Below, piece by piece: positions 28,856 through 39,008 of a stretch of DNA of 64,000 nt (its first letter is position 1; each line of letters starts with the position of its first letter). The notes under the pieces are model-generated. The model did no database searches. It was not told the DNA's origin and worked only from the letters and a program-made list of their open reading frames with translations. The DNA comes from an uncultured Verrucomicrobiota bacterium. GTDB taxonomy: Bacteria; Verrucomicrobiota; Verrucomicrobiia; Limisphaerales; CAZFVY01. The translations under genes were made by a program, and so were the position numbers. Location: positions 9,564 through 73,563 of the forward strand of contig CAZFVY010000011.1 in assembly GCA_964522665.1 (NCBI GenBank), written 5' to 3'.

Positions 28856-29278
28856 CTAGGTTCGGCCGGTCTTCGCCGGCAACATTTCTTGCTTTAACGG
28901 TCCCGGGAGCGCGGCGAATTCGGGGTCTTTGTGGACCAGCAAGGCATCCAGCCGAAGTGCGGACGCGACGACGAATGCGTCGGCTAGCGAAACTCGATGC
29001 GATGCTTTAATATCGGCCGCCGTCGAGCAAAGCGCATCGTCGGTGTGGAGCCAGATAACGGGCAGCCGCTTCATGTCGGCGATCGTCGCGCGTGCGGCTT
29101 CCTCGCCAAAGTCGTAGTGGGTGATGTACTGAACCTCAGTAAGACTGACAAAACATCCAATCACATCGCTCTCCCGTCGGGCCGACTGTTCCAGGAGGTC
29201 TCTTATTCGAGGCGCGCCCGGCTCGGCCTGTAAAAAGGCGATGAACGCTGAAGTGTCGAACAGGAATCGATTAACCAT
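28856..29278 (-). CDS. vapC: PIN-domain (VapC-type) toxin
   Basis: LFDTSAFI, SLTEV, SLADAF, HKDPEF: four acidic PIN residues; overlaps the upstream small gene by 8 bp. Confidence 0.9.
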   Translation of the reverse strand: MVNRFLFDTSAFIAFLQAEPGAPRIRDLLEQSARRESDVIGCFVSLTEVQYITHYDFGEEAARATIADMKRLPVIWLHTDDALCSTAADIKASHRVSLADAFVVASALRLDALLVHKDPEFAALPGPLKQEMLPAKTGRT

Positions 29279-29540
29279 TTCGGCCGGGGCCTAGCCGGCG
29301 CAATTGCTCGTCTTCGCGAGCTCGGTCCCGCGAGCGCTCTTGGAGAAGCCGGGTCATTAAACTCCCGCCGGCGAACCGTCCATAGAGAGCATGGATCGCT
29401 TCCAAGTTTGCGCGTTCATCCGAAGTGCGCTCTTGTTGTGCGGCGGCAGGCGGGATGCCGAACCGTTGCCACACTTCTTCCAATTCGGCTGGCGCCAATC
29501 GGCCAAGTTCGGCGGCAAGACGTTCGGCGGTCGTGCTCAT
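29271..29540 (-). CDS. Putative antitoxin partner of the PIN toxin
   Basis: 89 aa, directly upstream of and overlapping the toxin; C-terminal SLMTRLLQERSRDRARE resembles VapB toxin-binding tails. Confidence 0.75.
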   Translation of the reverse strand: MSTTAERLAAELGRLAPAELEEVWQRFGIPPAAAQQERTSDERANLEAIHALYGRFAGGSLMTRLLQERSRDRAREDEQLRRLGPGRNG

Positions 29541-29546
29541 GGGAGA

Positions 29547-29575
29547 ATCATAGGCCAGATTATTGTCTGGGTAAA
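29547..29575 (-). promoter_or_regulatory. TA-operon promoter with an operator-like inverted repeat in the spacer
   Basis: Minus strand TTTACC-N17-TATGAT, 6 nt to ATG; CCAGA-N6-TCTGG palindrome at 29555-29570. Confidence 0.6.
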
Positions 29576-29772
29576 GCGTTTGCGTGGCGCTGCTGCCTTA
29601 GCCGAGGTACCGAAGACCGGAGCCAAGATGTGCTTGTCGGCCAAGGTTCAATGCGCCGCGGACTGTCTCCATGCCCTGGCGCAATCGTCTGCAGACTGAG
29701 AAATTGCGCTGCTTCTTATTGGCCAGCGGACTGCGTGGTCGGCGAATTGGATGCCGGATTAGTCCTGAACCG

Positions 29773-30483
29773 CTATGCGGGGCGAATCAGGATTTCTTCA
29801 ACGACCGCGCGGGGCGGGAGGTTGATGGCGAGCAGGATGGTTTCCGCGACGTCTTCCGGTTGGAGCATTTTTTGCCGGGCTTCAGGCGGGGGCGGCGAGG
29901 GGCGCAAGTCGAGAATCGGGGTGTTGATGTCACCGGGGAAAATGGCGCAGGCGCGAATGCCGTTCGGCCTCTCTTCGGCGTTGATCGCCTGGGTCAAGCC
30001 GGTCATGCCGAATTTTGAGACGACGTAGGCGACGCCCGCTTTGGGGCTGGCCTGGCGGCCGGCCTCCGAGACGATGTTGACGATTGTGCCCGACTTTTGC
30101 GCGCGCATGATGGGCAGAAAAGCCTGCACGCAATAATAGGCCCCGTGAAGGTTCGTATCGACGAGCCGGTGATAGTCGGTGGGGCTTAGGACCGCCAGGC
30201 TCCGCTTCGGGGTGTTGGTGCCAGCGGCGTTGACCAGCGCCTGGACGGAGCCGAAAACTTGCAGAACCTTCTTCGAGAGGCGCGTGACCGCGACGGCGTC
30301 GCCGATGTCGCCGGCGCACACCAGGACCTCTCCTTTTGGAAGCCCGGTTAAGGTTGCCGTTTCGCGCAACGCGGTGATGCGCCGGCCGACCAGGGCCAGG
30401 CGCCAGCCTTGTTTCGCCATCGCTACGGCGGTGGCGCGGCCGACGCCGCTTCCCGCCCCGGTGATTACCGCCGTTTTGTTCAT
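29773..30483 (-). CDS. Short-chain dehydrogenase/reductase
   Basis: TGAGSGVG, NAAG, YVVSK, PGDINT. Confidence 0.93.
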   Translation of the reverse strand: MNKTAVITGAGSGVGRATAVAMAKQGWRLALVGRRITALRETATLTGLPKGEVLVCAGDIGDAVAVTRLSKKVLQVFGSVQALVNAAGTNTPKRSLAVLSPTDYHRLVDTNLHGAYYCVQAFLPIMRAQKSGTIVNIVSEAGRQASPKAGVAYVVSKFGMTGLTQAINAEERPNGIRACAIFPGDINTPILDLRPSPPPPEARQKMLQPEDVAETILLAINLPPRAVVEEILIRPA

Positions 30484-30493
30484 TTGGGTTTAA

Positions 30494-31582
30494 TTAGACT
30501 GTTACGGCGGGTACCTCGACCCAGCGCTTTTCCGCGGCCGATTGGGCCGCGGAATCGATCACTGCTTGCGCGCGCGCGCCATCGAAGAACGAAGGCTGGC
30601 ACGGGCGCTGTTGAACGATGGCGTCGATAAACTCGACCGCTTGATCGTAGCGAAAGGTGACCAGCGGGTTGCCGGCGTGAGGGTCGCGTAGGGAGGCTGG
30701 ATGTTTGAGGAACTCGGTGGGTAGGGGAACGGTCTCCAAACCGGCTTTGCCGCGCCGCCCGATTTGCAATTCATGGGGCCGTTCCGTAAAAAACACGGCG
30801 GTTCCTTCACTGCCGTTGACTTCGCAGTAATCCTTGCTTTGCCAGCTTTCGCCGCGACCAGTCGCGATCTTGCTGCTCTCGAGCACGCCGGTGGCGCCAT
30901 TCGCAAAGTCACCGATGATCGCGACCCAGTCTTCGAGATCGGAGGTTTGTCCGTCGCGGGTGTCGATATAGCGCTTCGTGTTGGCCACCAAGCGGGCGAA
31001 CGGGCCTAGCAGCAGGTGGGCGAAATCAATGCGGTGCGAGAGCATGTCGCCGAGTTCCCCGGTGCCGGCGAGTTTGGCGACCTGGCGCCAGCCGACCGAG
31101 CGGGTTCCCCAGTCCTGCAGGCGGCACGAGCGGAAGTGGTAGGGCTGGCCGATGGCGCCACTCTTAACCAAGTGGGCGAGGTACCGCATCGCGGGCACGA
31201 ACCGATAAGTAAACGCGCTCAGGTGGCGAACGCCCGCCTTTTCCGCGGCGCGATACATGGCGAGACTCTCCGCGAAATTCATCGCGATCGGCTTCTCGCA
31301 CAGAATGTGTTTGCCGGCGGCGGCGGCGGCCAGGGCGATCGGCGCGTGCGCGATATTCGGCGTCGCGATGATGACCGCGTCCACGTCGGCGCGCGCCAGG
31401 ACGTTCTCGTATTTTGAGGTCGTTTCCGACACGCCGGACTGCTGGCTGGCGCGCTGGAGGACGCCCGGGTCGGTGTCACAAAGGGCAACGACGCGAGCTT
31501 CGGGACAGGTCGCCAAACCCGGCAGATGATTCTGCAACGTGATTCCGCCGCAGCCAATGATGGCCACTCCGATCGTTTTCAT
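30494..31582 (-). CDS. Gfo/Idh/MocA-family oxidoreductase
   Basis: VAIIGCG, ATPN, HILCEKP, GELGDMLSHRID. Start set at MKTIGVAIIG. Confidence 0.92.
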   Translation of the reverse strand: MKTIGVAIIGCGGITLQNHLPGLATCPEARVVALCDTDPGVLQRASQQSGVSETTSKYENVLARADVDAVIIATPNIAHAPIALAAAAAGKHILCEKPIAMNFAESLAMYRAAEKAGVRHLSAFTYRFVPAMRYLAHLVKSGAIGQPYHFRSCRLQDWGTRSVGWRQVAKLAGTGELGDMLSHRIDFAHLLLGPFARLVANTKRYIDTRDGQTSDLEDWVAIIGDFANGATGVLESSKIATGRGESWQSKDYCEVNGSEGTAVFFTERPHELQIGRRGKAGLETVPLPTEFLKHPASLRDPHAGNPLVTFRYDQAVEFIDAIVQQRPCQPSFFDGARAQAVIDSAAQSAAEKRWVEVPAVTV

Positions 31583-31678
31583 ATTGAGTAAGGAAAGTGG
31601 GGCGGAGGCAGGCAGGCCCAGCCGCGCCAATCACTGTTTATTGCGCCGCCATCGGACCAACCTCCGGCGAGGTTAAGA

Positions 31679-32842
31679 TCACACCGTGACCCACTGACGG
31701 GACTTGGCGGATTCCTCGACCGCCTCGAGCACCCGTTGATTGCGCAGGCCGTCCTCGAAGGTCGGCTGCACCGGTTTGCCGTTCGCGCAGGCGTTGACGA
31801 AATCCGCGATCGTATGGACGAAGGTGTGCTCGTAGCCGATGATGTGTCCCGGCGGCCACCAATTCCCGACGTAAGGATGCACGCCGCCCGGCTGGGTGAC
31901 GAGGATGTCGCGGAAACCCTGGCGGTCGGACGCTTGGGTGTTGTCGAAGAACTTGAGCCGGTTCATGTCTTCGAAATCGAATTGCAGTGAACCCTTCGAG
32001 CCGTTGATTTCGATGGCGATATGATTCTTGCGACCCAGCGCGAAGCGGGTGGCTTCGAGGTTGGCCAGCGCGCCGCTCTTGAAGCGGCCGATGAACAGCG
32101 CGGCGTCGTCCACCGTGACCTTGCCCATCTTTTTGCCGGCCTTCGCGGTCAAACCCGCGCCTTTGCCGGTTTGATCCATCAAGGGGCGTTCTTTGATGAA
32201 GGTATTCATTAAGCCGGAGACTTCCTTGAACTCGCCGACGAGGTAGCGGGCCAAATCAATGATGTGCGCGTTGATGTCGCCGTGGGTGCCACTGCCACTG
32301 ATCCCTTTTTGGAGACGCCAGACGAGGGGGAATTCTGGATCGACAATCCAATCCTGCGCGTAGCGCGCGTAATAATGATAAATATCACCGATCACGCCCT
32401 CTTCGATATATTTTTTGGCCAGGGCAATCGCGGGAATGCGGCGATAATTGTGGCAGACCATGTGCACAATCTTCGCTTTTTTGGCCGCGGCGAGCATGGC
32501 TTCGCACTGGCTGACGTTGAGAGCGAGCGGCTTTTCGCAGAGGACATGCTTGCCGGCCTGCGCGGCGGCGATGGCGATCTCGGCGTGGGAATCGTTCGGG
32601 GTATTGATGTCAATGACGTCAATGTCCGGGGACTCGACCAACTTCTTCCAATCGGTGGCGGCGTTTTGCCAGCCGAATTGCTCGCGCGCGGCCTCGACGC
32701 CGGCCGGATCGCGACCGCAGATGGTGTGCATTTCCACGTTGGCCTCGAGCGAGAAGAAGCGCGGCGCCTGGCGCCAGGCGTTCGAATGGGCTTTGCCCAT
32801 AAAACGGTAGCCGATCATTCCAACGCGTAGTGATTTAGCCAT
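31679..32842 (-). CDS. Gfo/Idh/MocA-family oxidoreductase
   Basis: GMIGYRFMGKAHS, HVLCEKP, YAQDW, GDINAHIID, GHIIGYEHTF. Confidence 0.95.
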   Translation of the reverse strand: MAKSLRVGMIGYRFMGKAHSNAWRQAPRFFSLEANVEMHTICGRDPAGVEAAREQFGWQNAATDWKKLVESPDIDVIDINTPNDSHAEIAIAAAQAGKHVLCEKPLALNVSQCEAMLAAAKKAKIVHMVCHNYRRIPAIALAKKYIEEGVIGDIYHYYARYAQDWIVDPEFPLVWRLQKGISGSGTHGDINAHIIDLARYLVGEFKEVSGLMNTFIKERPLMDQTGKGAGLTAKAGKKMGKVTVDDAALFIGRFKSGALANLEATRFALGRKNHIAIEINGSKGSLQFDFEDMNRLKFFDNTQASDRQGFRDILVTQPGGVHPYVGNWWPPGHIIGYEHTFVHTIADFVNACANGKPVQPTFEDGLRNQRVLEAVEESAKSRQWVTV

Positions 32843-33002
32843 AAATGATATAAACTAGATGTTGAATTCGATGCCCGGGACTCTATAGTGTCCGGCGTCG
32901 CCAAGTCAACGCGCGAACGCTCTGGGAAACCCAAAATCGCGCGGGGAGGCCTTGTGGCCCAAAACTCTGGCGTGGGCGTTTTTGCCCGGAAAGAGATGCG
33001 TT

Positions 33003-34061
33003 ATGGTTTTTACCGCGGCTGAGATCGCTAAAGAGTTGGGAGGGGAAGTATTCGGGGATGGCTCCGTCGGGTTGAGTGGTTTTGCGCCGGCGAGCAACGC
33101 CAAAGCCGGGGACCTTACGTTCGCCGAAAATGCCACCTTTTTTACCCAAGCCGACCAAACCGCCGCCTCGGCCATCCTGGTGGACAAAGAGTTCACGTCG
33201 AGCCGCAAGGCGGTGATTCGAGTCGCCAGCGCCCGCATCGCTTCCGCCCGGATTCTGGCGATGTTTTATCCGGAGCCGAAGGCGACGCCCGGGGTGCATC
33301 CCTGCGCCATCGTCTCGGCTTCCGCCGAAATCGATCCGAGCGCTTCCGTGGGACCGCACTGCGTCATCGGCGATCGGGTCAAGCTTGGACCGGGGGTCGT
33401 GCTTGATGGCGGAAATCATATTGGCGCGGATTGTCAGGTGGGTGACGAGTCGCGGCTCTTCCCGAAGGTCACGCTGTATCCCAAGACGCAGGTTGGTCGC
33501 CGCGTGCGGATTCACGCGGGGACGGTGATCGGCTCGGATGGCTTCGGCTACGTTTGGGACACTAGTTTTCATCGGAAGATTCCGCAGATCGGGTCGGTGC
33601 TCATTCACGATGACGTCGAGATTGGCGCGAACGTGACGATTGATCGTGGCGCGCTTGGGCCGACGGTCATCGGCCGCGGCACGAAGATCGATAATTTGGT
33701 GCAGATCGCGCACAATGTGAATATCGGCGAGCACTGTTTGATCGTCGCCCAAGTGGGCATCGCCGGGAGCACGAAGCTGGGCGCCGGCGTGACCTTGGCC
33801 GGGCAGGTTGGCGTGGCCGGGCATCTGAAGATCGGCAATCGCGTGACGGTCGCGGCGCAATCGGGGGTGATGCACGAAATTGGCGACGGCCAAAAATGGT
33901 TCGGCTCGCCCGCGCAACCGGATCACACGATGAAACGGCAGTTGCTCGCGCTCAAGCGCCTGCCCGAACTCGCGCGCCGCCTCGCCGAGGTTGAGCGGCA
34001 TTTGGGTCCGCTACCGCCGGAAGCTGAGGCCCCCAAATCGACCCCGCCGCATGACGCTTGA
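33003..34061 (+). CDS. lpxD: UDP-3-O-acylglucosamine N-acyltransferase
   Basis: Hexapeptide repeats, [43 protein letters not shown]. Confidence 0.95.
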   Translation: MVFTAAEIAKELGGEVFGDGSVGLSGFAPASNAKAGDLTFAENATFFTQADQTAASAILVDKEFTSSRKAVIRVASARIASARILAMFYPEPKATPGVHPCAIVSASAEIDPSASVGPHCVIGDRVKLGPGVVLDGGNHIGADCQVGDESRLFPKVTLYPKTQVGRRVRIHAGTVIGSDGFGYVWDTSFHRKIPQIGSVLIHDDVEIGANVTIDRGALGPTVIGRGTKIDNLVQIAHNVNIGEHCLIVAQVGIAGSTKLGAGVTLAGQVGVAGHLKIGNRVTVAAQSGVMHEIGDGQKWFGSPAQPDHTMKRQLLALKRLPELARRLAEVERHLGPLPPEAEAPKSTPPHDA

Positions 34062-34539
34062 AGCGGAGTTATTGACGCTCGATCAACTGCCGGGATGGCG
34101 GGCTGCCTTTCGCGCGACCGGCGGAAGGTTGGTGGTGACCAATGGCTGCTTTGATATTCTGCATACTGGACACGTTCAGTACCTCGTTACCGGACGAAGC
34201 CAGGGCGATGCGTTATTGGTAGGCGTCAACGGCGACGCTTCGGTGCGCGCGCTGAAAGGGGAAGGACGTCCGCTCAATTCTGAAACCGATCGGGCGCGAG
34301 TTTTGGCGGCGCTGCGCGCCGTCGATGCGGTCTGCATTTTTCCCGAACCCCAGGCGACCCGCTTTCTGGGGCTGGCGCGGCCTGATGTTTACGTGAAGGG
34401 GGGCGACTACACGCTCGAAACCCTCAATCAGGACGAACGGCGCGCGGTCGAGCTGGGCGGCGGCAGAATCGTCATCATCCCGTTTCTGCCCGGACGCTCG
34501 ACGACTGGCTTGCTGGAAAAAATCGGACGCCAACAATAA
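34051..34539 (+). CDS. rfaE2: RfaE domain-II-type (ADP-heptose) adenylyltransferase
   Basis: [37 protein letters not shown]; 11-bp overlap with lpxD. Confidence 0.9.
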   Translation: MTLEAELLTLDQLPGWRAAFRATGGRLVVTNGCFDILHTGHVQYLVTGRSQGDALLVGVNGDASVRALKGEGRPLNSETDRARVLAALRAVDAVCIFPEPQATRFLGLARPDVYVKGGDYTLETLNQDERRAVELGGGRIVIIPFLPGRSTTGLLEKIGRQQ

Positions 34540-34592
34540 GCGCGAGCGGTAGCGAGCCGCCCCACTTTGGCCGCTCGTTGCAAGGCGGTTCG

Positions 34593-35816
34593 TCACTTCC
34601 TAACGCTCAGGTCCACCGACTCGATCGCGGAGTGGCCGGACTTTTGGAATGGCCTTGGCATCGGCTGGATGGCCCCGTTCGCGTCAATCGTCCGGGATTG
34701 AAAAACATAATCGCCCGCCGGAATTCCGGGGAGCTTGACTGCCCAAAGAACCCTCGTCAGTCGCATTGGCCAAACCCGGGGACGGCCGGTTGCCGGGTCA
34801 AATCCCATCGTGCCAGCGGGAATCCGTCCGCCCGGCAGATCGTTCCACCGCTTCGGGGGCGGGAGGACTCGCGCGTCGAGCCAATCAACCACCGGTTGCG
34901 CCGAGTCTGATGAGTGAACGGAAACCTGCACTTTCGACAACCCTGAGACACCGACTTGGGCGTAACCGGTGACAGGGATCGGTTCGCCTGGTTTGACCTG
35001 GGCCGGCACGGAAAGGGCGCCGGCAAACGTCTTGAGGGCGCTGTCCACGTCGTTGTTGCCCTCGGCGTACGTGTCGTTGGCATGAAAGAGATTGGACAGG
35101 ACCACGCGCGTGAGCCATTTGATCGATTTGAATCCGTAAGCCTCGGGCACAACGACGCGGACCGGACCGCCGCGCTGGCTATCGAGCCAGTCGCCATTCA
35201 ATTTGTAGCAGAGGATGACCGGCGGCAGGTCGAACGGGTCTTCCAGGACGCGATCAATTGGGAGTGAACTGCGAAACATTTGTTTCGGATCGTCGTTGTG
35301 GTAACCGTAGTAAAAAACGCGCCGCAGATTCTCGCGCGGTTGCGTCAGCCAGACCACTTCACGCAATGGAACGCCCTCCCAGAGGCCCATGCCCAGCGGG
35401 CGGCCGAGGTTCAGACAGGTCATCAGCTTGGCGAAACGGACGCTATGCTTTTCCGCCAGTTTCATCAGTCCGGCGAAGTCGAGGGCGGTCCCATCCTTTT
35501 GCAACAGCTGCCGCCGAAGACTCGCCGGATTTTCGGGATCGGAAATGACCTCCAATTTCCAGGTCTCACGGGTGATCCCAGCCGCGCGCTTTTTTTCTTC
35601 GGGCAACGAATGGGGTAGCGGTGTGCCGCGGGAGACGTCCTTAAACTTGTCAGACGGCGTGAAGTACGGTTCAAACTGTTCGAGCGGCTTGTTTCCCTCT
35701 GGAACGATCGCCTCGGTCTTGCCAACCAGCGGCTCAAGGTTCATCGCCGCCGCGCCCGTTACGCCTAGGCGGATGAAGCGCCGTCGGTTCAGGGGCAATG
35801 GCGTTTCCTGGTTCAT
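34593..35816 (-). CDS. Tat-exported molybdopterin-dependent oxidoreductase (sulfite oxidase/MsrP-like)
   Basis: NRRRFIRLG twin-arginine; MTCLN (Mo-Cys), WEGVPL, LCYKLNG, RGGPVRVVVPEAYGFKSIKWL. Confidence 0.85.
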   Translation of the reverse strand: MNQETPLPLNRRRFIRLGVTGAAAMNLEPLVGKTEAIVPEGNKPLEQFEPYFTPSDKFKDVSRGTPLPHSLPEEKKRAAGITRETWKLEVISDPENPASLRRQLLQKDGTALDFAGLMKLAEKHSVRFAKLMTCLNLGRPLGMGLWEGVPLREVVWLTQPRENLRRVFYYGYHNDDPKQMFRSSLPIDRVLEDPFDLPPVILCYKLNGDWLDSQRGGPVRVVVPEAYGFKSIKWLTRVVLSNLFHANDTYAEGNNDVDSALKTFAGALSVPAQVKPGEPIPVTGYAQVGVSGLSKVQVSVHSSDSAQPVVDWLDARVLPPPKRWNDLPGGRIPAGTMGFDPATGRPRVWPMRLTRVLWAVKLPGIPAGDYVFQSRTIDANGAIQPMPRPFQKSGHSAIESVDLSVRK

Positions 35817-35955
35817 GGTTGGCCCAAAATATGTCTGGCAATAGCTCTGGGTCAACGATCAAGCGTCGATTGGCGCCGCTCATTGCCGGGGCGTTCAGTC
35901 GGAAGCTGGCTGGGCTTCGTGTTCTTCTCCACGCATGGCGCTAGCGCTTGATCAC

Positions 35956-36070
35956 GACTGCGGCGGCTGAACGCCGTGGTGACGCCGACTTGGAAGGGGG
36001 CATCACTTTGCTACCGATGCGGCTCGGCGGAAAAGCGGTGTCGCGCTGCGCTTGCCACCGCACTCCACAA
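35956..36070. repeat. REP-like inverted pair (second family), left arm degenerate
   Basis: Right arm AAAAGCGGTGTCGCGCTGCGCTTGCCACCGCACTCCAC (36031-36068). Its reverse complement GAGTGCGGTGGC...GACACCG matches the left arm GACTGCGGCGGC...GACGCCG (35956-35988). Confidence 0.6.
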
Positions 36071-36248
36071 GCGGTCCGATGACACGCGGAAGCATTCGAG
36101 CGAGACTGACGAACGAGTCAGCGTAAAGAGCAAACGGGGTGGATGCCTTCGTTGCCAGTCGTTCGCTGGAAGTGAATCGTCGTGGTTTTCCAGCGAATAC
36201 CAATCGCGAGGCGCAGTGTTTACCGCATCAGTATCGCATCCGGATATG

Positions 36249-38963
36249 TTAGTCGGCGTGACCGGAGTTATGAACCGGAGTGATCGCCCACGAGGGGTAG
36301 GGAGCTTGGGACCCCATCTGCGCGCACCAGATGATGTGGTTGAGGAGGTCTTCGGGGCAGTCGTCGGCGTCTTCGAGCGGGAGTTTTCCCGAGGCGATGG
36401 CGTACTTACGCTGCAGTGGATCGCTGATGCGGCGCGGTTCCGGATTCATCTGGTCGAGAGGGATGTTGTTGGTCACGGCGGTGTACGGCGTGAGGTCAAG
36501 CGTGTCCGAGAAGCAGGCGGACATCGGTTGCGCCGTGGCGTCCATTTGATTCATCGGGGGCAGGCCGAGGATCAATTCCATCGTGCGCAGGAGGGCCGGT
36601 TGATTGTAGTTGTTATGGACCGTGCCGTGGTGGCGCGAGTAAGGGCTGACGACATACGCGGTGGTGCGATAGCCGCTGACATGATCCCAACCGGCCTGCG
36701 GGTCATCTTCGATGCCGAAAACGCAGGTGTCCTTCCAAAACAGGCTGTGGCTCAAGGCTTCCACAATCTGTCCGAAGGCGAGGTCGTTATCGGCGACTTG
36801 CGCGGCGGGGCTGGGCGAACCGGCGCGGGTCCCGGAGGTATGATCGTTCGGCAGGCAGATGATGAGAAGCTCGGGCATTTTGCCATCCTGCTCGAATTGA
36901 TGGAGTTCTTTGATGAACTCCGCCGCCCGAAAGACGTCGGGAATGCTCAGGTCCCAACCGACGGTGTTGGTGTTGAGGTAGGGCTTTAACGAGGCGATCG
37001 CCGGTCGAGCGTGAATCCGGGTAAGGCCGGTTTGATTGACGAAATCATGATAGTAATCAAGGAAGCCCGGATCTCCCTTTTTCTTCGCGTCGGTCCAGCC
37101 GGCGACGGTAATCGCGAATTCGCCGTAATCACGCAGCGTTTTGCCGTGTTTGATCGCGTTGTCCCAGATGAATCCGGTGGAGGCGTAGGCGAGGGCGTCC
37201 ACGTCCCGATCCTCCATGCCGTCCGGATAGCTGCGCGGAAAACCGGCGAACGATTTTTCCATGTAATCAGTCGCGAAGGCGGTATCGGCCCATTGATGGC
37301 CGTCCGCGCTCAGGATTCCCGAGCAATAGGTGTTGTCGAGCAGCACGAATTCGCGGCAAAACTTGTGTTGATTGGGGGTGAACTTTTCGCCGAAAACGCA
37401 GAGTTTCGGATTGCCGTCACCTTCGGGCAGGTCGCCCAGAACCTGATCGTACGTCCGGTTTTCTTTGATGATATAAACGACGTGGTGAAACAGCGACGGT
37501 TCGCCGGCGCGTTCGGGGATGGGGCGGGGAGCCATGTTTGGACGGGGCGGCAAAAACGCGGCTTGCGCGGCGGCGTGCTGATAATTCCGCAGGGCGATCA
37601 CGGTGTCGTCGGCAAGTTGTTTCTTGTCAGGGAGCGAAATGAGCGAAAGCGTGCCGAAGTACTGATGCGAGCCGAGACGGCGCTGTTGGTCCGGCGCGAA
37701 CCGCCGGCCCGAGCCGATGCCTTTGATATTGGCCACGTAAATCGCGCGCCGGGACGAGTCGAACGTAATCGCGCCCGGAAACCAGCCGGTCGGAATCAAC
37801 CCGGTCAGCTTCGTGTGACCGGGCCGGAAGGCAAGCACGGCAATCGCGTTCTGAGTTCCGTTGCAGACGTAGAGGTTTTCGCCGGCGGCATCGAACGCGA
37901 GCGCATTGGGGCTGGCCCCAAATGGATCGTTGGGCTGCCAGCGCATCGAGACGGTTTCCACAACCCGATCGGAACGGGTGTCGATCACGCTCAACGTGTC
38001 GCTGTTCGCGTTGGCCACGACCAGATTGTGGGCGTCGGGGGAGAGGGCCAAGGCGGAAGCGTGCAACCCGACCATAATCTCGGCGGTCGTCTTGCCCGCT
38101 TCCAAATCAATGACCGAAACCGAGCCTTCATTGGCAATAAACCGCACGGGATCGACCCGGACGGTCGCTCCGATGCCAATGGGGCCGGTCAGGGTTTGGG
38201 TATCGGGCCGGCGGCCGCCCCAATTGCTGACGTACGCCTTGTTCCCGACGAGTAATACGTCGTAGGGGACGTTCCCAACGTCGAAGAGGCGTAGTTGCCT
38301 GCCCGTGGCGGCGTCCATTTCGAGCAGCCGATTTGAGACGTTAAGGGCGACGTAGAGCCGGCTACCGTCAGCCGAAACAGCCAGACCAGCGGGTATTTCT
38401 TTGTGGCGGTACGAGAGACCCGTTTCCGGCAAGGGGAACGAATAAAGCGGCGCGCAGCGATGATCCGCGCCAACCGCGAAAACCTTCACGCTGCCCTTGA
38501 CATTGGAAAGATAAATCCGCGTCCCATCCGGTGAAAACCGGAGCCCGGTGTAACTCAATTCTCCGTCTTTGTCGGGCGTCAGCAGGTGGGACGAAACCGC
38601 GTCGGCATTCTCCGTGGTGGCTTTTTCCGACGGCAGCGCGACCCGCTGAAGCACGGCGCCGGAAGCCGGGTCAAGCAACACCAGTTCGGCGGTTTTGCCG
38701 GAGGTGACGAGAAGTTTTCCGTCCGGACTGAGGACCAATCCTTGGGGGCGCAGGCCGGGAAGTTCAACTTGCCTGCCGGCGGGAGTGAGCACCTGATTAA
38801 TCGGCAACACGATGCGGCCTTCGCCCGCCGTATTGACCGGTTCCAGCGGCTCGATGACGGTGTAAACCTTGCTTGGAGTCGTGACGCAGCTCGCAAGGAC
38901 AGCTACGAGTGAGACCGTCAGGCCAATGGCGCGGCGTCCAAACGGACGTGATTTGCGATTCAT
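36249..38963 (-). CDS. Lipoprotein: YncE-type beta-propeller plus phosphoesterase/alkaline-phosphatase-like domain
   Basis: Lipobox VLASC; repeated SPDG/SVID propeller blades; YIIKENRTYDQVLGD, SADGHQW, PNDHTSG, EDDPQAGWDHV. Confidence 0.9.
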   Translation of the reverse strand: MNRKSRPFGRRAIGLTVSLVAVLASCVTTPSKVYTVIEPLEPVNTAGEGRIVLPINQVLTPAGRQVELPGLRPQGLVLSPDGKLLVTSGKTAELVLLDPASGAVLQRVALPSEKATTENADAVSSHLLTPDKDGELSYTGLRFSPDGTRIYLSNVKGSVKVFAVGADHRCAPLYSFPLPETGLSYRHKEIPAGLAVSADGSRLYVALNVSNRLLEMDAATGRQLRLFDVGNVPYDVLLVGNKAYVSNWGGRRPDTQTLTGPIGIGATVRVDPVRFIANEGSVSVIDLEAGKTTAEIMVGLHASALALSPDAHNLVVANANSDTLSVIDTRSDRVVETVSMRWQPNDPFGASPNALAFDAAGENLYVCNGTQNAIAVLAFRPGHTKLTGLIPTGWFPGAITFDSSRRAIYVANIKGIGSGRRFAPDQQRRLGSHQYFGTLSLISLPDKKQLADDTVIALRNYQHAAAQAAFLPPRPNMAPRPIPERAGEPSLFHHVVYIIKENRTYDQVLGDLPEGDGNPKLCVFGEKFTPNQHKFCREFVLLDNTYCSGILSADGHQWADTAFATDYMEKSFAGFPRSYPDGMEDRDVDALAYASTGFIWDNAIKHGKTLRDYGEFAITVAGWTDAKKKGDPGFLDYYHDFVNQTGLTRIHARPAIASLKPYLNTNTVGWDLSIPDVFRAAEFIKELHQFEQDGKMPELLIICLPNDHTSGTRAGSPSPAAQVADNDLAFGQIVEALSHSLFWKDTCVFGIEDDPQAGWDHVSGYRTTAYVVSPYSRHHGTVHNNYNQPALLRTMELILGLPPMNQMDATAQPMSACFSDTLDLTPYTAVTNNIPLDQMNPEPRRISDPLQRKYAIASGKLPLEDADDCPEDLLNHIIWCAQMGSQAPYPSWAITPVHNSGHAD

Positions 38964-39008
38964 AGATGATTTCCGAACAGACGACGGAGAAGGCCGGGTT
39001 GTTCAGAC

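Noticed and set aside
28856-29772. Genomic island or mobile element carrying the TA module
   Set aside because: No integrase, transposase, tRNA target or flanking direct repeats seen.
35976-38255. Long plus-strand ORFs (337 aa and 414 aa)
   Set aside because: Antisense shadows of the phosphoesterase gene, with no motifs; typical of high-GC DNA. The same applies to 11074-12234, 32883-34001, 45144-46367, 58935-59888 and 61560-62546.
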